64,000 nucleotides of DNA from Octopus sinensis (Eukaryota), in assembly GCF_006345805.1 (NCBI RefSeq), contig NC_043003.1:107446001-107510000 (forward strand), given 5' to 3'. The notes beneath the pieces are model-generated. The model searched no databases and had not been told where the DNA came from. It saw nothing but the letters and a program-made list of their open reading frames with translations. Below are positions 1-12,526 of this stretch, piece after piece. Every line of letters begins with the position of its first letter. Positions within the stretch are counted from its first letter, which is position 1. The position numbers were made by a program, and so were the translations under genes.

Positions 1-780
<780 letters not shown>

Positions 781-1702
781 ATGTATATGTATAAGTTATA
801 TATACCTGCATACATCGACAGTCGCCCACAAATACAAATATGCAATGTAATAAGTATAAGAAATGAAAGATAAAATTATAAAAATGATAAAATTATAAAA
901 AAAAAAAATGACCACCATTTTTACTAATGTGTTTTCTTGACCCCCAGATAGCCTTAGCCACCGAAGCAATGATCAAAAAGCTGAAAATGTAAATAAAGAA
1001 AATAACTACAAAAATCAACAAAGCAAAATCAAAACAAAACAAAAAAAAAAAAACTATTATACAGCATCGCTTCGTATTTTGCTAATTTTCCTTCTTTCCA
1101 AAAACCCTTTCTGTTTATTTTGGTGTTTGTTCTGTTTTTATGTAAGCGACTGTTTCTCTTAGTCCTACGTTCTCCATTCACTCGCATCAACGGACGTACT
1201 GCGCTCTGCCAGCTTGTTTGGTTTACTAGAAATAGCAGTTACATCTATCTCCCAAATTACATAGAAGACTCTTTTTTTTTTTTTAAAGAAAAGGGCGTAT
1301 TGGTTAATGGCGGTTTTAGAAGTCTGAAAAAAAAAGAAAAAAAAGAAAAAGAAAAAGAAAAATATTGTTTGTGGCTTTGGTCATAGTGTTCCATGACCAG
1401 AGTTGGCCCTCGAGCCGAAACAATAATAAAAATGCTGACTGTGGTTTAATCACAATCGTTTCACGTCTGCTACAATAAAATAAAACTATATCCCTATGTG
1501 TGTATATTCTCACAGATGCATGCACATACACACATGTACATACACTGCCTAAATACCATTCTTGAGAGATTAGGCTTCTCAGAACCAGAAAGGAGAAAGC
1601 TAATTCGAAGACTACAGATCCAATCCATCCCTGGAACGGTAAAGATCTGTAAAACTTTCCAGAGGTTTATCATTTAAATATATATGAGCATGTCTAGATA
1701 TA

Positions 1703-2090
1703 GGGGAAGCACTCCGTCGGTTACGACGACGAGGGTTCCGGTTGATCCGAATCAACGGAACAGCCTGCTCGTGAAATTAACGTGTAAGTGGCTGAGCACT
1801 CCACAGACACGTGGTACCCTTAAACATAGTTCTCGGGGATATTCAGCGTGACACAGAGAGTGACAAGCCCGGCCCCTTGAAATACAGGTACAACAGAAAC
1901 AGGAAGTAAGAGTGAGAGAAAGTTGTGGTGAAAGAGTACAGCAGGGATCACCACCATCCCCTGCCGGAGCCTCGTGGAGCTTTAGATGTTTTCCCTCAAT
2001 AAACACTCACAACGCCCGGTCTGGGAATCGAAACCGCGATCCTATGACCGCGAGTCCGCTGCCCTAACCACTGGGCCATTGCGCCTCCAC
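1703..2090 (-). mobile_element. tRNA-derived SINE (family A), full length
   Basis: Minus strand starts gtggaggcgcaaTGGCCCAGTGGttag (A box) and GGTTTCGATTCCC (B box). TSD-like flanks atgtctagata / atgtcttagata. Paralogous head at 24300-24488. Confidence 0.85.
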
Positions 2091-2176
2091 ATGTCTTAGA
2101 TATGCAACTCTATGCATGAGAAAACATACATAAAACAAAACATAAAAATCTGCATACATACATGCATACATGCATC

Positions 2177-3038
2177 AAGAACCTGATTTGAAACGACTCC
2201 AACCAACTGTGAAACATGGCGGTATCTTTGTAATGGTATGAGGAGCTGTCACCAGCAATGGTCGTTCTGAGCTGATCGAATGTGTTGGAACCATAAACTC
2301 TGAAAAATACATTGAAATACTTAAGCAAGGACTACTTCCGATGTATTCACACGATAACATAACGAAGCATTGGGACTCCCTTCATCGAAAACCGGTGATT
2401 GTCGTACGCCGACGACAGGTCAATACCTAGAAACTGCAGTCCGTGCGTATCACTTAGGTTGACGAGGGAGGGATGACCTCCCTTTGCAAATAATATAAGG
2501 GCATAGAAAGTGTGCCTAAAGCCAGCTGGAGACGATGTTCTCCTGGAGCTACAAGCTACAGTAACACCCACCCTTAGTGGTTAGCCATATTGAGATGGCT
2601 AGTATACCTCACATTGAAAAAGGAGTTGTTATTCATGAAAGATGGGGCTCCATGCCACACAGCGAAAAGGAATCAACAATGGCTACTAATGGAAATGGGA
2701 TCAAAAAGCTTCCTTGACCAAGCCAATCTCCTGACATGAACTCAATTGAAAATCTTTGGAGCATAATAGATAGAGCTATACGAAAAATCGACAGAAACCT
2801 AAATCTTAAGATGAATGTTTCGATTGTTGCGTGAAAAGTGGGCAAATTCCACGAGAGATAATAAGAAAGCTCATCAGTCAACACCAAAAAAGAGTTTCTG
2901 AATTAAAAACTACGAAGGGAATGTCAACTAAATACTAAACTATGGAGTCCTACCTATCGATTACATTTCAATTGTTCACTTTGCGTATTAAATAAAGATT
3001 TTTAAATTAAAGTTGTCTGTTTATTTCCTATTGTCTGT
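2177..3038 (+). mobile_element. Tc1-family transposase relic (C-terminal part), split by an insertion
   Basis: Translates PTVKHGGIFVMV*GA...NSEKYIEILKQGLLP, then FMKDGAPCHTAK and, after a frameshift, *PSQSPDMNSIENLW (Tc1 DD34E motifs). Ends next to a TA tract. Confidence 0.85.
2371..2624. mobile_element. Unclassified ~250-bp repeat inserted in the Tc1 relic
   Basis: Interrupts the Tc1 reading frame between NITKH and LLFMKDGAP; no clear TSD. Confidence 0.5.
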
Positions 3039-3157
3039 AATATATATATATATATATATATATATATCTAACAATAATTGAGGAACGACCACAATAGGCC
3101 GTCGACCCACAAGAAAGAGCAGCCAGGGCTCCAACCGCAAATAGTAGTAATTCCGAA

Positions 3158-3257
3158 NNNNNNNNNNNNNNNNNNNNNNNNNNNNNNNNNNNNNNNNNNN
3201 NNNNNNNNNNNNNNNNNNNNNNNNNNNNNNNNNNNNNNNNNNNNNNNNNNNNNNNNN
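3158..3257. other. Assembly gap (100 N)
   Basis: Run of 100 N. Confidence 1.
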
Positions 3258-3799
3258 TAAATGAAACACAAAAACACAAAGGATCGACTAGCTTGCTCGG
3301 ATGCGCTTATACGCGATTGCGCGCACCGGGACCACTCTTCATGGGTAGTACACTTTAAATTAATGTGTCTATAAATTAAAACTGAATATGTGTGTGTGTA
3401 AAAGTGATAAAGTCAAGTTTCATGTATTTAGTGTCTGTAACTCCCTCCCACTCCTTTTGCTGTTTTAGCTTTCTTTCTGTACATAAATTATCTTTACAAC
3501 TTCCACACTTCAAACTGTGTTTTTTTCAATGCCTCGCTTCCTCCATTTCCTCTCTCTTATTCTTCTCTTAGCCTATGTTATTAAGTCTGCTATGCGTATA
3601 TAATTGTATGTATGTGTGTGTATAATATATACGAGCGGTCCTCTCGCCTTTGTCTCGGTGTGTAGTGTACACAAATGTATTCATAAAACATCTTTCGTAA
3701 TGCGTATGTATTAAGATCTTAATTAAAGGTTACAAGTCGATACTCTTCACAAGAAATAGTTTTAAATTCCAACCTTAAGTACACACACTCACATAGACA

Positions 3800-3935
3800 C
3801 ACACAAATTTACAGAAAACAAAAGACGAAGACAGGTGAGGGCACAACAAGAAGGTGTATTCGTTTGATGCTCGGGATAAAATGGGGAAGTCTTTGCCTGT
3901 TTAGAACCTACGCTCTTCGACAGAAAGGATCGACG
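3800..3935 (+). mobile_element. Possible Penelope-like terminal fragment
   Basis: acaaaagacgaagacaggtg...gaacctacgctcttcgacagaaagg; related to 29-110. Tentative family call. Confidence 0.3.
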
Positions 3936-3939
3936 GGGA

Positions 3940-5810
3940 AAATGGAGAGGGAACGAAAATAAAGGAGAGAGAGAGAAGATTTGTAGGAATGAACGGTTGA
4001 ACATGAAAGAAGGAGAAAAAAGCGAGATAGCAAGAAAAGAAAGAGAGAGAAAAAGAAACGAGAGGAAGAAAGAGAGAGAGAGAGAGGAAGAAGGATAAAA
4101 AGAAAACGAGAGGGAGAAAGAAGGAGAAAAAAGCGAGAGAGCAAGAAAGGAAAGAGAGAGAAAAAGAAAGGAGAGGAAGAAAGAGAGAAATGAAAGAGTG
4201 AGAGAGAGGAAGAAGGATAAAAAGAAAACGAGAGGGAGAAAGGAGAAAAAAGTGAGAGAGCGAGAGGAAGAAAGAGAGAAATGAAAGAGTGAGAGAGAGG
4301 AAGAAAGATAAAAAGAAAACGAGAGGGAGAAAGAAGGAGAAAAAAGTGAGAGAGCGAGAAAGGAAAGAGAGAGAAAAAGAAACGAGAGGAAGAAAGAGAG
4401 AGAGAAAGAGAAAAAGAAAGAAAGACAATGAGGTAATAAGAGAGTAAGAGAGAACAGACAAAGAAAAACGAGCGAAAGAGAGAGTGAGAAAGGAAACAGA
4501 GAGGGCGAGAGAGAGAATAGAAAAAGAGAAAGAGGGGGAGGAAGAGAGAAATATGGAAGATAAGAGAAGAAAAAGGTACTGAAAGAAATAAAGAGAGAAA
4601 AAGGGAGAGAGAGAGAGAGAAGAAGAAAGAGGAAAAACAAACACTGAAAGAGAGGGATAAAAGATACGTAAAAGGGATAAAGAGAATGAGAGAAAAGAAA
4701 GAGGGAGAAAGAGAGAAAAGAAAGTGAGAAGGCAAGAGAGGAGAGAAAAGAAAAAAGTAAGTCTCTTAAAGGGAAAGAGGGAAAGAAGAGAAAAATTAAA
4801 TGACAAAGAGACAGAAAGAAAGAGAGGGAGAGGGAGGAAGAGAGAAAAGGAAATTGAGAGAGTGAGAGGAAGAGAGAAGAGAAAAATTGCCAGAGAAAGG
4901 AGAAAACAGAAAGAGGAAGAGAGGAAAGAAAGAGAGAGATAAAAGGAAGCGAGTAAAGGAGAGAGATAAGGAAGAGAGAAAAGTAAAGCAGGAGAGAAAG
5001 GTAAAAGAGCGAGGGAGAAGGAGAGAAGAGAAAAAGAGAGGGAGAAATAAGGAGGGAAAAGGGGGAAAAGAAAGTGAGAGATAAGAATAGGAGAGGGAGA
5101 GAAAGAGAAAAGAAACAGAGAGGGAAAGAGGGGAATATAGGAGAGAAAAGAGAGTGGGAGATAGAGAGAGAGGAAGAAAGATAGAAAAGAGAGAGAGAGG
5201 AAAGGGAGAGTGAGAGAGTAAAGGAAAGGAGAAAGGGCATCAAAGAAAGAGAGACAAGTAAAAGAGAAAAGGCAAAGAGAATCAGAGAGAGAAAGAGATA
5301 CAGGTTAAAGAGAAAGAGAGATGAAAAAGAAAAAGGTTCGGTGCAAGAGAGAAAACGAATAGTGAAGGAGAGACAGAGAAAGAAAGAAAGAGAGGAAAGT
5401 AATAGAGAGAGAGAGAGAGAGTGAGAGAAAGCGAGAAAAGTGAAGAGGAAAAAGAGAGGGAGAAAGAAAGAGAGAAGAAAAGGGAAAGTGAAAGAATGTA
5501 AGAATAGAAAGAGAAAGAAATGAAAAAGTGAGAGACGGAGAGAGAAAGAGAAATTGAAAAATAGAGAAAGAGAATGATAAGAGAGAAAAAAGAAAAAGAG
5601 ACAGAGGAAGGAAATGAGAGAGAGAAAGAGAGGAAAGGAAAATGGGAAAAGAGAGAAAAGAAAGAGAGAGAGAGTAAAAGAGATACGGAAAGAGAAAGAA
5701 AGAAATGAAAGAGGGAGATAGAGAAAGAAAGATTGAGAGAAAAGGGAAAGAAAACGAGAAAGAGAGTGAGAGACAAAGAGAGAAAAGAGGGAGAGAGAGA
5801 GAAAATGGAA
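3940..5810. repeat. ~1.9-kb polypurine (GA-rich) low-complexity tract with an internal minisatellite
   Basis: Almost exclusively A/G on the plus strand; recurring unit aaagaaacgagagggagaaagaaggagaaaaaag at ~4000-4400. Confidence 0.9.
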
Positions 5811-5848
5811 TTTCTCTATTTCACATGTCCTCACTTTCTTCATTACAG

Positions 5849-6003
5849 GTGAACCAAAGTGATGTTTTTAGACGAACTCCTTTAATGTTGGCCTGTGAAG
5901 TGGGCGCCGATAGAAGAATCATCAAAATATTAGTATTTGCAGGAGGAGACGTGGGAACAAAAGACGTTATTGGTCGTACAGCTTTACATTGGGCTGTTGA
6001 TGG
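5849..6003 (+). CDS. Ankyrin-RING-death-domain gene, first visible exon (ankyrin repeats)
   Basis: cattacAG acceptor and GTAAGT donor; VNQSDVFRRTPLMLACEVG...GRTALHWAVDG; phase 0 to 2. Confidence 0.9.
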
Positions 6004-6189
6004 GTAAGTTGAGAATCAAGTAAAATCTCCAGATGTGTTTTTGTTTGTAAATTTGTTGCAATTGCAGACACAGGTTCAATATCCAAAGAGGCCATGGTAG
6101 TGGCAGTGGGACAGCAGCACAACAGCAGACTAGCAAACAACAACAACAAGCTTCTCTTTAGTCATTGATCCAATTCATTAGTCATTATT

Positions 6190-6375
6190 CAATCATAACA
6201 ATCCCGATGATGATGACGATGACGGTATTGATGATGGTGCTGTTGATGATGATGATGAAGAGGATGATGATGATGGAGGCGATGATGATGATGAGGAGGA
6301 GGATGATGATGATGATGATGGAGGCGATGATGGTGATGATGATGAAATCAATGATGATGATGATGATGATGTTTT
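6190..6375. repeat. (GAT)n-rich trinucleotide repeat, intronic
   Basis: Degenerate gatgat run. Confidence 0.85.
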
Positions 6376-6441
6376 GTCTGAAAGCCAAAACAATTAGGTG
6401 TTTAATGTAAATTAGTCAATGTTTCTATCTTTTACTCTCAG

Positions 6442-6589
6442 CCGTCGTCTCGAAGCCGTGGAAATCTTGCTATCTCGGGGTAGCGAGATAAATGGAAAGA
6501 GCAATGGTGGCTGGACTCCTCTCCATGTTGCTGCAGCGAATGACTGGACAGATGGCGTGGCATTCCTATTAAAACAGACCGATGTTGAG
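6442..6589 (+). CDS. Ankyrin-RING-death-domain gene exon (ankyrin)
   Basis: tactctcAG acceptor, GTTAGT donor; RRLEAVEILLSRGSEINGKSNGGWTPLHVAAANDW...QTDVE; phase 2 to 0, matches the previous exon. Confidence 0.92.
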
Positions 6590-7029
6590 GTTAGTGATTA
6601 TATATATGTCTGTGTGCGTGTGTGTGTATGTGTGTGTCTGTATACTTATATATATATATATACAAATAAAATGTATGGATGTATATATATAACGTAAATT
6701 GTGGTGTGCATATGTTAGTGTTTCTCTTCATTCATATTATATTCCGAAATAATCCTAATCTTCTCCGAAAGGTTTTTCTCGATACTTTCCTAACAATTTA
6801 TCCACTTTTTGAAAAATTACAAGGAAACAAAAGATACTCTTGTGAATTTTTGATGAACTCTTCTCCCGACATTTGGGGCACACTTATATAGGTACATATA
6901 TATAATCGTATATATAATGTATACATGCCTATAAGATATTATATATAGATATATATATATATATATATAATATATATATATATATTATATATATATATAT
7001 ATTATATATATACACATATGTATATACAC

Positions 7030-7060
<31 letters not shown>

Positions 7061-7133
7061 TATATGTATATAAACGTATATATGAGTATACATATACATA
7101 TATATATAGATACATACACACACAAACACACAC

Positions 7134-7174
<41 letters not shown>

Positions 7175-7869
7175 TTCATGAGACCCTTATTTTTTCCCCC
7201 ATAACTTTGTGGCGTTTCCTATTTTATAATGAAAATCATTGATTTTCGATGACGATTATGTTGAGAAAATGGAAGCATTTGATGAGTTTCAAACCAATCC
7301 CAACTCCAGACATAATTGTTGATTAAGACATGGAAAGTGATGGATTTTCAAAAAATTTTATTTAGAAATATTTATTCTTAAAAACTTCATGATGAACATA
7401 CAACAACATTCATATGTATATATATATATATATATATATAGGCAGAGGAGTGGTTAGTAGCTTGCTTACAAACCACATGGTTCCATAAGAAATTGGTTTC
7501 TTGATTTTTTCCACTCATCGATTGTTTTATTTTATGTAACCCCATTTTGCCCATTGGATGAGAACCCTTCCAGCAAGGAAAGTAGAATGCTCAAAAGGGC
7601 TCCTGATCCTCTGTGTGAGAAGCGGTTATGTTCAGATCACAACTAAGTTTATATATATGGGCAAAACACACACACACACAAACATATACGTACATACACC
7701 TATTGTATACATGTTTTTGCATGCCTTTGCCCCTGCCACTGTCCCACCACCACCTCCTACCCGAGTATTACCATCAACTGAAGCAAATTTGGCACCCGGA
7801 AGTAAGTTTTGTAACAGGAATAGAGAAGCCTACCTTCTCCCGCAGAGATGTGAAAGTCATACCTCTCCT

Positions 7870-8335
7870 GGTCAAACTAAAGTGTTTGGGCCGGTCTTAA
7901 AAAAAAAAAAAGTAGTGTAATAGGTGTAAAACAAATTCCTCTAAACGACTATGACCCAAAAAATGTGCGATCGCGAAAAGGGGTGGGGGAGAGGCCTTGG
8001 AAAATTCACCTCGTGAATGTTACGTGTCTGACCCGGGCACAAAAACAAAAAAAATAGTGTAATAGGTGTAAAACAACTTGTTCTAAACGATTATCAAGAA
8101 CACACACACACAAAAAGAGAAAGGTTTGGTGTTTGGTTCAAAGCAAGACTACATTGAACTGAATTTAAATAAACAAGAAAGATATTATCAAAGAAAAGGC
8201 CATAGGCCTCTCCTCCCACTCTCCTTTCGAGAGCGCACGTTTTTTATGGGTCATATTCGTTTAGAGGAAGTTGTTTTACACATATTACACTATTTTTTTT
8301 TGTTTTTATGACCGGGTCAAACGCTTAGGTTGACC
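7870..8335. mobile_element. Merlin-type MITE with ~130-bp TIRs
   Basis: Starts GGTCAA and ends TTGACC; arms 7870-7997 and 8204-8335; exact 8-bp TSD cctctcct at 7862-7869 and 8336-8343. Confidence 0.8.
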
Positions 8336-9027
8336 CCTCTCCTTTCGAAAACATGAACAATTTCGAAACATTGTTTACAAAATAATAGCTGATCCTTTGC
8401 GAAGGAGCGTGTCTACAGTCAACACGTAGGTCTTTTGCTCTGGTAACCTCTACTCTCTCCCATGTTCACGCACGACCAGCTATATATCGCTATGATTAGA
8501 ACAACGGATTCAGCTAATTTGGAAATTAGTTGTGGAGAAACGGAGAATATCGTTTATGTTGCCCATATATATATACACACAACACACACACACAAACATT
8601 ACATATATGTGTCTTTTACGCATATATGCTCGCGTGTGTGTATGCGTGACTAAAGCCATTCACACATACAAACATACATAACAACACCTGTCTGTCTGTT
8701 ATTGCCAGTAAAAAGACGAAATTATAAAAATCTCTCTCTCTCTCTGTCCCTCACCTCTCTTTACACCGTCGCTAGGAGGGGACTTAATTAATGTTTGCTT
8801 TGTAAACAATGGTAGCTTTGGCCATCTTAGAAATTTAGAAGTTATGGCTCAAAATTATTTATCGCTATTCGGGGTGTCTTGGTGGAAAATAATTTGACGA
8901 AAATACAGCTAGGGTCGTGACGAATGTCCTCCTAAAATTCTAGCGGCATGCGGGTTAATTTGTGGATGTGCATAAATTACAAAAACGTTCACACACACAC
9001 ATCTTGCATTATATATATACAGATATA

Positions 9028-9085
<58 letters not shown>

Positions 9086-9134
9086 TGTGCGTGTGTGTGT
9101 GTGTTATGTGTGTCTGTGTGTACGTGCGTGTGTT

Positions 9135-9318
9135 TGTGTTTCTGTGTTTGTCCCCCCAACATCGCTTGACAACTGATGCTTGTGTGTCCCCCATAGCATA
9201 GCGGTTCGGCAAAAGAACCGATAAAATAAGTACTAGGCTTCCAGGGGTCGATTTGCTCGACTAACGGCAGTGCTCCAGCATGGCCACAGTCACATGACGG
9301 AAACAAATGAAAGAATAA
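9135..9318 (+). mobile_element. CORE-like SINE (family B), 3' half
   Basis: gtcccccaacatcgcttgacaac...ccagcatggccacagtc...gaaacaa, matching the full copies at 46518 and 55165. Confidence 0.75.
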
Positions 9319-9615
9319 ATGTAATTATGAACACACAGATACGCGAACACACACATTTATCTGCTCTATGTGTTTATTTATTGAGTTATTCATCCTATAT
9401 GCGTGTGTGTGTGTGTGTATAAATATATTTATATGTAGATATGTCTGTGTGTATATACAATAGAAATCTCCATTACCTACTCCCCACCCCAATCATTCCA
9501 CCTGTTTAATTAATTTCATTCCTTCTCTTTTTCTGTGAGTTTTTCTTTTAATTCTTCACCACCCGACTCCCCTTTCAGACACCATTTTTAATGTTTTTAT
9601 TCTTTTCTTTTTCAG

Positions 9616-9770
9616 GTTCATGCATGGTCTAATGATGGTCGCATGCCGCTGCACTGGGCCTGTTTTCGGGGACACTTGCACATTGTCGAAATATTGTTGG
9701 GTCACAATGGCATTGATGTCAATGTGGTGGACAACGCTGGAGACACACCACTGCATGAGGCAGTTCAGCG
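9616..9770 (+). CDS. Ankyrin-RING-death-domain gene exon (ankyrin)
   Basis: ttttcAG acceptor, GTAAGT donor; VHAWSNDGRMPLHWACFRGHLHIVEILLGHNGIDVNVVDNAGDTPLHEAVQR; phase 0 to 2. Confidence 0.92.
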
Positions 9771-10734
9771 GTAAGTCCCCATTGGATCTGGAATATCCAA
9801 ATCTGTTTCTTTTATGTTTTCAATAATGTTTATTTCTTTTTCATTCAGTCATTCATGTCATAATCCCACCATGGGGTCATTGTCTTTCTTCTCTCTTTCG
9901 CACTGTAATCTACTTTATTAATTAATCATCACCATAATTGTTATTGTTGTTGCCTGACTGGACTCTTTACTTCAACTCGTTCTCCATTTCCTCAACGTCA
10001 CAGGTTCAAATCCTCTCTCTTCTTCTTTTCATCTCATCTAAAACTGCTTTCTCTCTCTCTCTCTCTCTCTTTCTTCCTCACTCTCTCTCCTTTGTAGTTT
10101 CCCTATTTACTCCGACCCTGGGCTAAATACATAATCATCCCCTTACAGTATTTACATTTGTCTCTTTTATGTTCCATGTTCAAATCCTACCAGAATATTT
10201 ACTATCACTCTGGGGTCAATATAATCTGTACCAGTAATATCCAGGGGTTCCTTTAATAAACTGTCTTCCTTCTTTTCTCCTGTTCTTGTTACTTATTACT
10301 TTCGAAGAAAATAAATTGTGTTATTTTATTTACGACTCTTTACGTTCAGAGTTCAAATCCTACCAAGGTCAACTTCTTCCATCTTTGCAAGGTTGATAAA
10401 ATACAATACCAGTCATGTACTGGGGTTCATATGATTACCTGTAGCCCTTCTTTCCTTCCTAAATTTCATGTTTATATAAGCTGTCAGAATTCTTAGCAGT
10501 ATTTTCCTGTCTTTACATTTCTGGGTTTACTCAGGTGTGTATATATCATTGTTCTACTGTGTAGAGTGTGTATTGAATAAATATATGTGTGTGTGAGTAG
10601 GTGTGTAATAATTGCTGTAATTAAGTTATTGTGACCTAATTGCATTTGTTTTCTTTAATGACCTAATAACTATTATTTCAAGCTCTGTGATGTTGGTTTT
10701 TTCATGTTTTTCTTTCCTCATCCATTACTTTCAG

Positions 10735-10771
10735 GCGAAACAATGAATTGGTGTCTCTATTGCTGAACCAG
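10735..10771 (+). CDS. Ankyrin-RING-death-domain gene, 37-bp exon
   Basis: ttactttcAG acceptor, GTTAGT donor; completes an ankyrin helix (R-RNNELVSLLLNQ); phase 2 to 0. Confidence 0.85.
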
Positions 10772-11059
10772 GTTAGTTAATAAATACATATTATATACAC
10801 TCTCCAGTATTATATTGATCTGTATAATATAAATATTACCAATGTACCAGTGAAATAATGGGGATAGATTTAAACACATGTACTACAAAACCCTTGTGTT
10901 TGTGGAGGAATTGTATATTGATCATGTTGATGATAATATTAGCGGTGTTGACAGTCCAACTGACCTCCACCACTGATAATAATATCTTTAATGGTCAAAT
11001 GAAACAAGGTCATTATGAGATGAACCAAAATATAACAGACATCAGGTATATATATATTA

Positions 11060-11406
11060 ATTGTTTCAGGTATTTGACTGCGGCCATGCTGGGGGCATCA
11101 CCTTGAATTTTTGGTCAACTGTATTCATCCCAGTACTTTTATTATTTTAAGCATATCACTTATCCTTTCAGCCTCTTTACAGAACCACTACACACACACA
11201 CACACACACACACACCACACACTAACTTACACACATAGACACACACCTGTTATGAAGCTTCTTTCAGTTTTCATTTACCAAATCCACTTACAAGATTTTG
11301 TTCAACCCTAGGTAAGACTAGAATATACTTGCCTGAGTTTCCATGCAGAGGGATTCAACGTGGAAGAGTGTATTGTTGGGAAAAAAGCTCCTTACACTAC
11401 AACCAT
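11060..11406 (-). mobile_element. CORE-like SINE (family B), degenerate
   Basis: ttgtttcag-atttgactgcggccatgctgg...ctttcagttttcatttaccaaatccacttacaag is the reverse complement of family B. Confidence 0.65.
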
Positions 11407-11499
11407 GTATATATGTATGGGTGTGTTGTACTCATTTCTGTGTAAATATATATATATATATATATACATACATACACATATGTATATATGTATAGACAG

Positions 11500-11556
<57 letters not shown>

Positions 11557-11946
11557 TACAAGCACACACACAGGTCATCAACATCATCATGCTTGCTTGG
11601 CTCAGATAGATTTTATTGAGGCAGAATTTCTGCAGCTGGATGCTCTCCCTGTCGCCAACCCTCTCCTCTTCTTTTCAAGGAAGCTAACATTTGCCAAGAA
11701 CTAGAATGTTCCCGCAGAATGTTGGAAATAAGAGACCCTGCTTATATGACAGTGGCACTCATTTACAACTATCACACAGATGTCAAGACAAAAACACACA
11801 CTCACACACACAACACATACATTCATACATGTTAGCACACAGAAAGCTATAATAAAAGATGCTTATCCAAGGGTTACATGCAAAGAAGTTGACCCCAGAA
11901 ACATTTTGTTGGGAAGCAAATGTCGTGCCACACAGTGTTGCCAGTA

Positions 11947-12400
<454 letters not shown>

Positions 12401-12526
12401 CTATATATATATATATATATATATATTTGTACGGGAGATGCATGGATGTATGGTTAGATCATATGTGATCATCTTCTAGCATATGGCTGTCCGCATAATG
12501 GTTTTTAGCCCTAAATATACACATGT

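Noticed and set aside
948-988. Possible upstream exon of the ankyrin gene (cccccag...gtaaat)
   Set aside because: No ankyrin similarity, weak donor, and phase does not fit 5849.
2020-2090. tRNA-like sequence (also at 24420-24488, 46518-46590 and 55165-55235)
   Set aside because: A/B boxes present but no complete cloverleaf; continuous with SINE bodies.
3789-5843. 684-aa minus-strand ORF and overlapping 301- and 275-aa ORFs
   Set aside because: S/L/F-only translation of a TC-rich strand that cannot form stop codons; no domain.
6165-6410. Poly-M/I/S ORFs
   Set aside because: (GAT)n intronic repeat.
8761-8958. Possible piggyBac-type MITE
   Set aside because: Only one convincing TTAA end; the TIR match is too weak.
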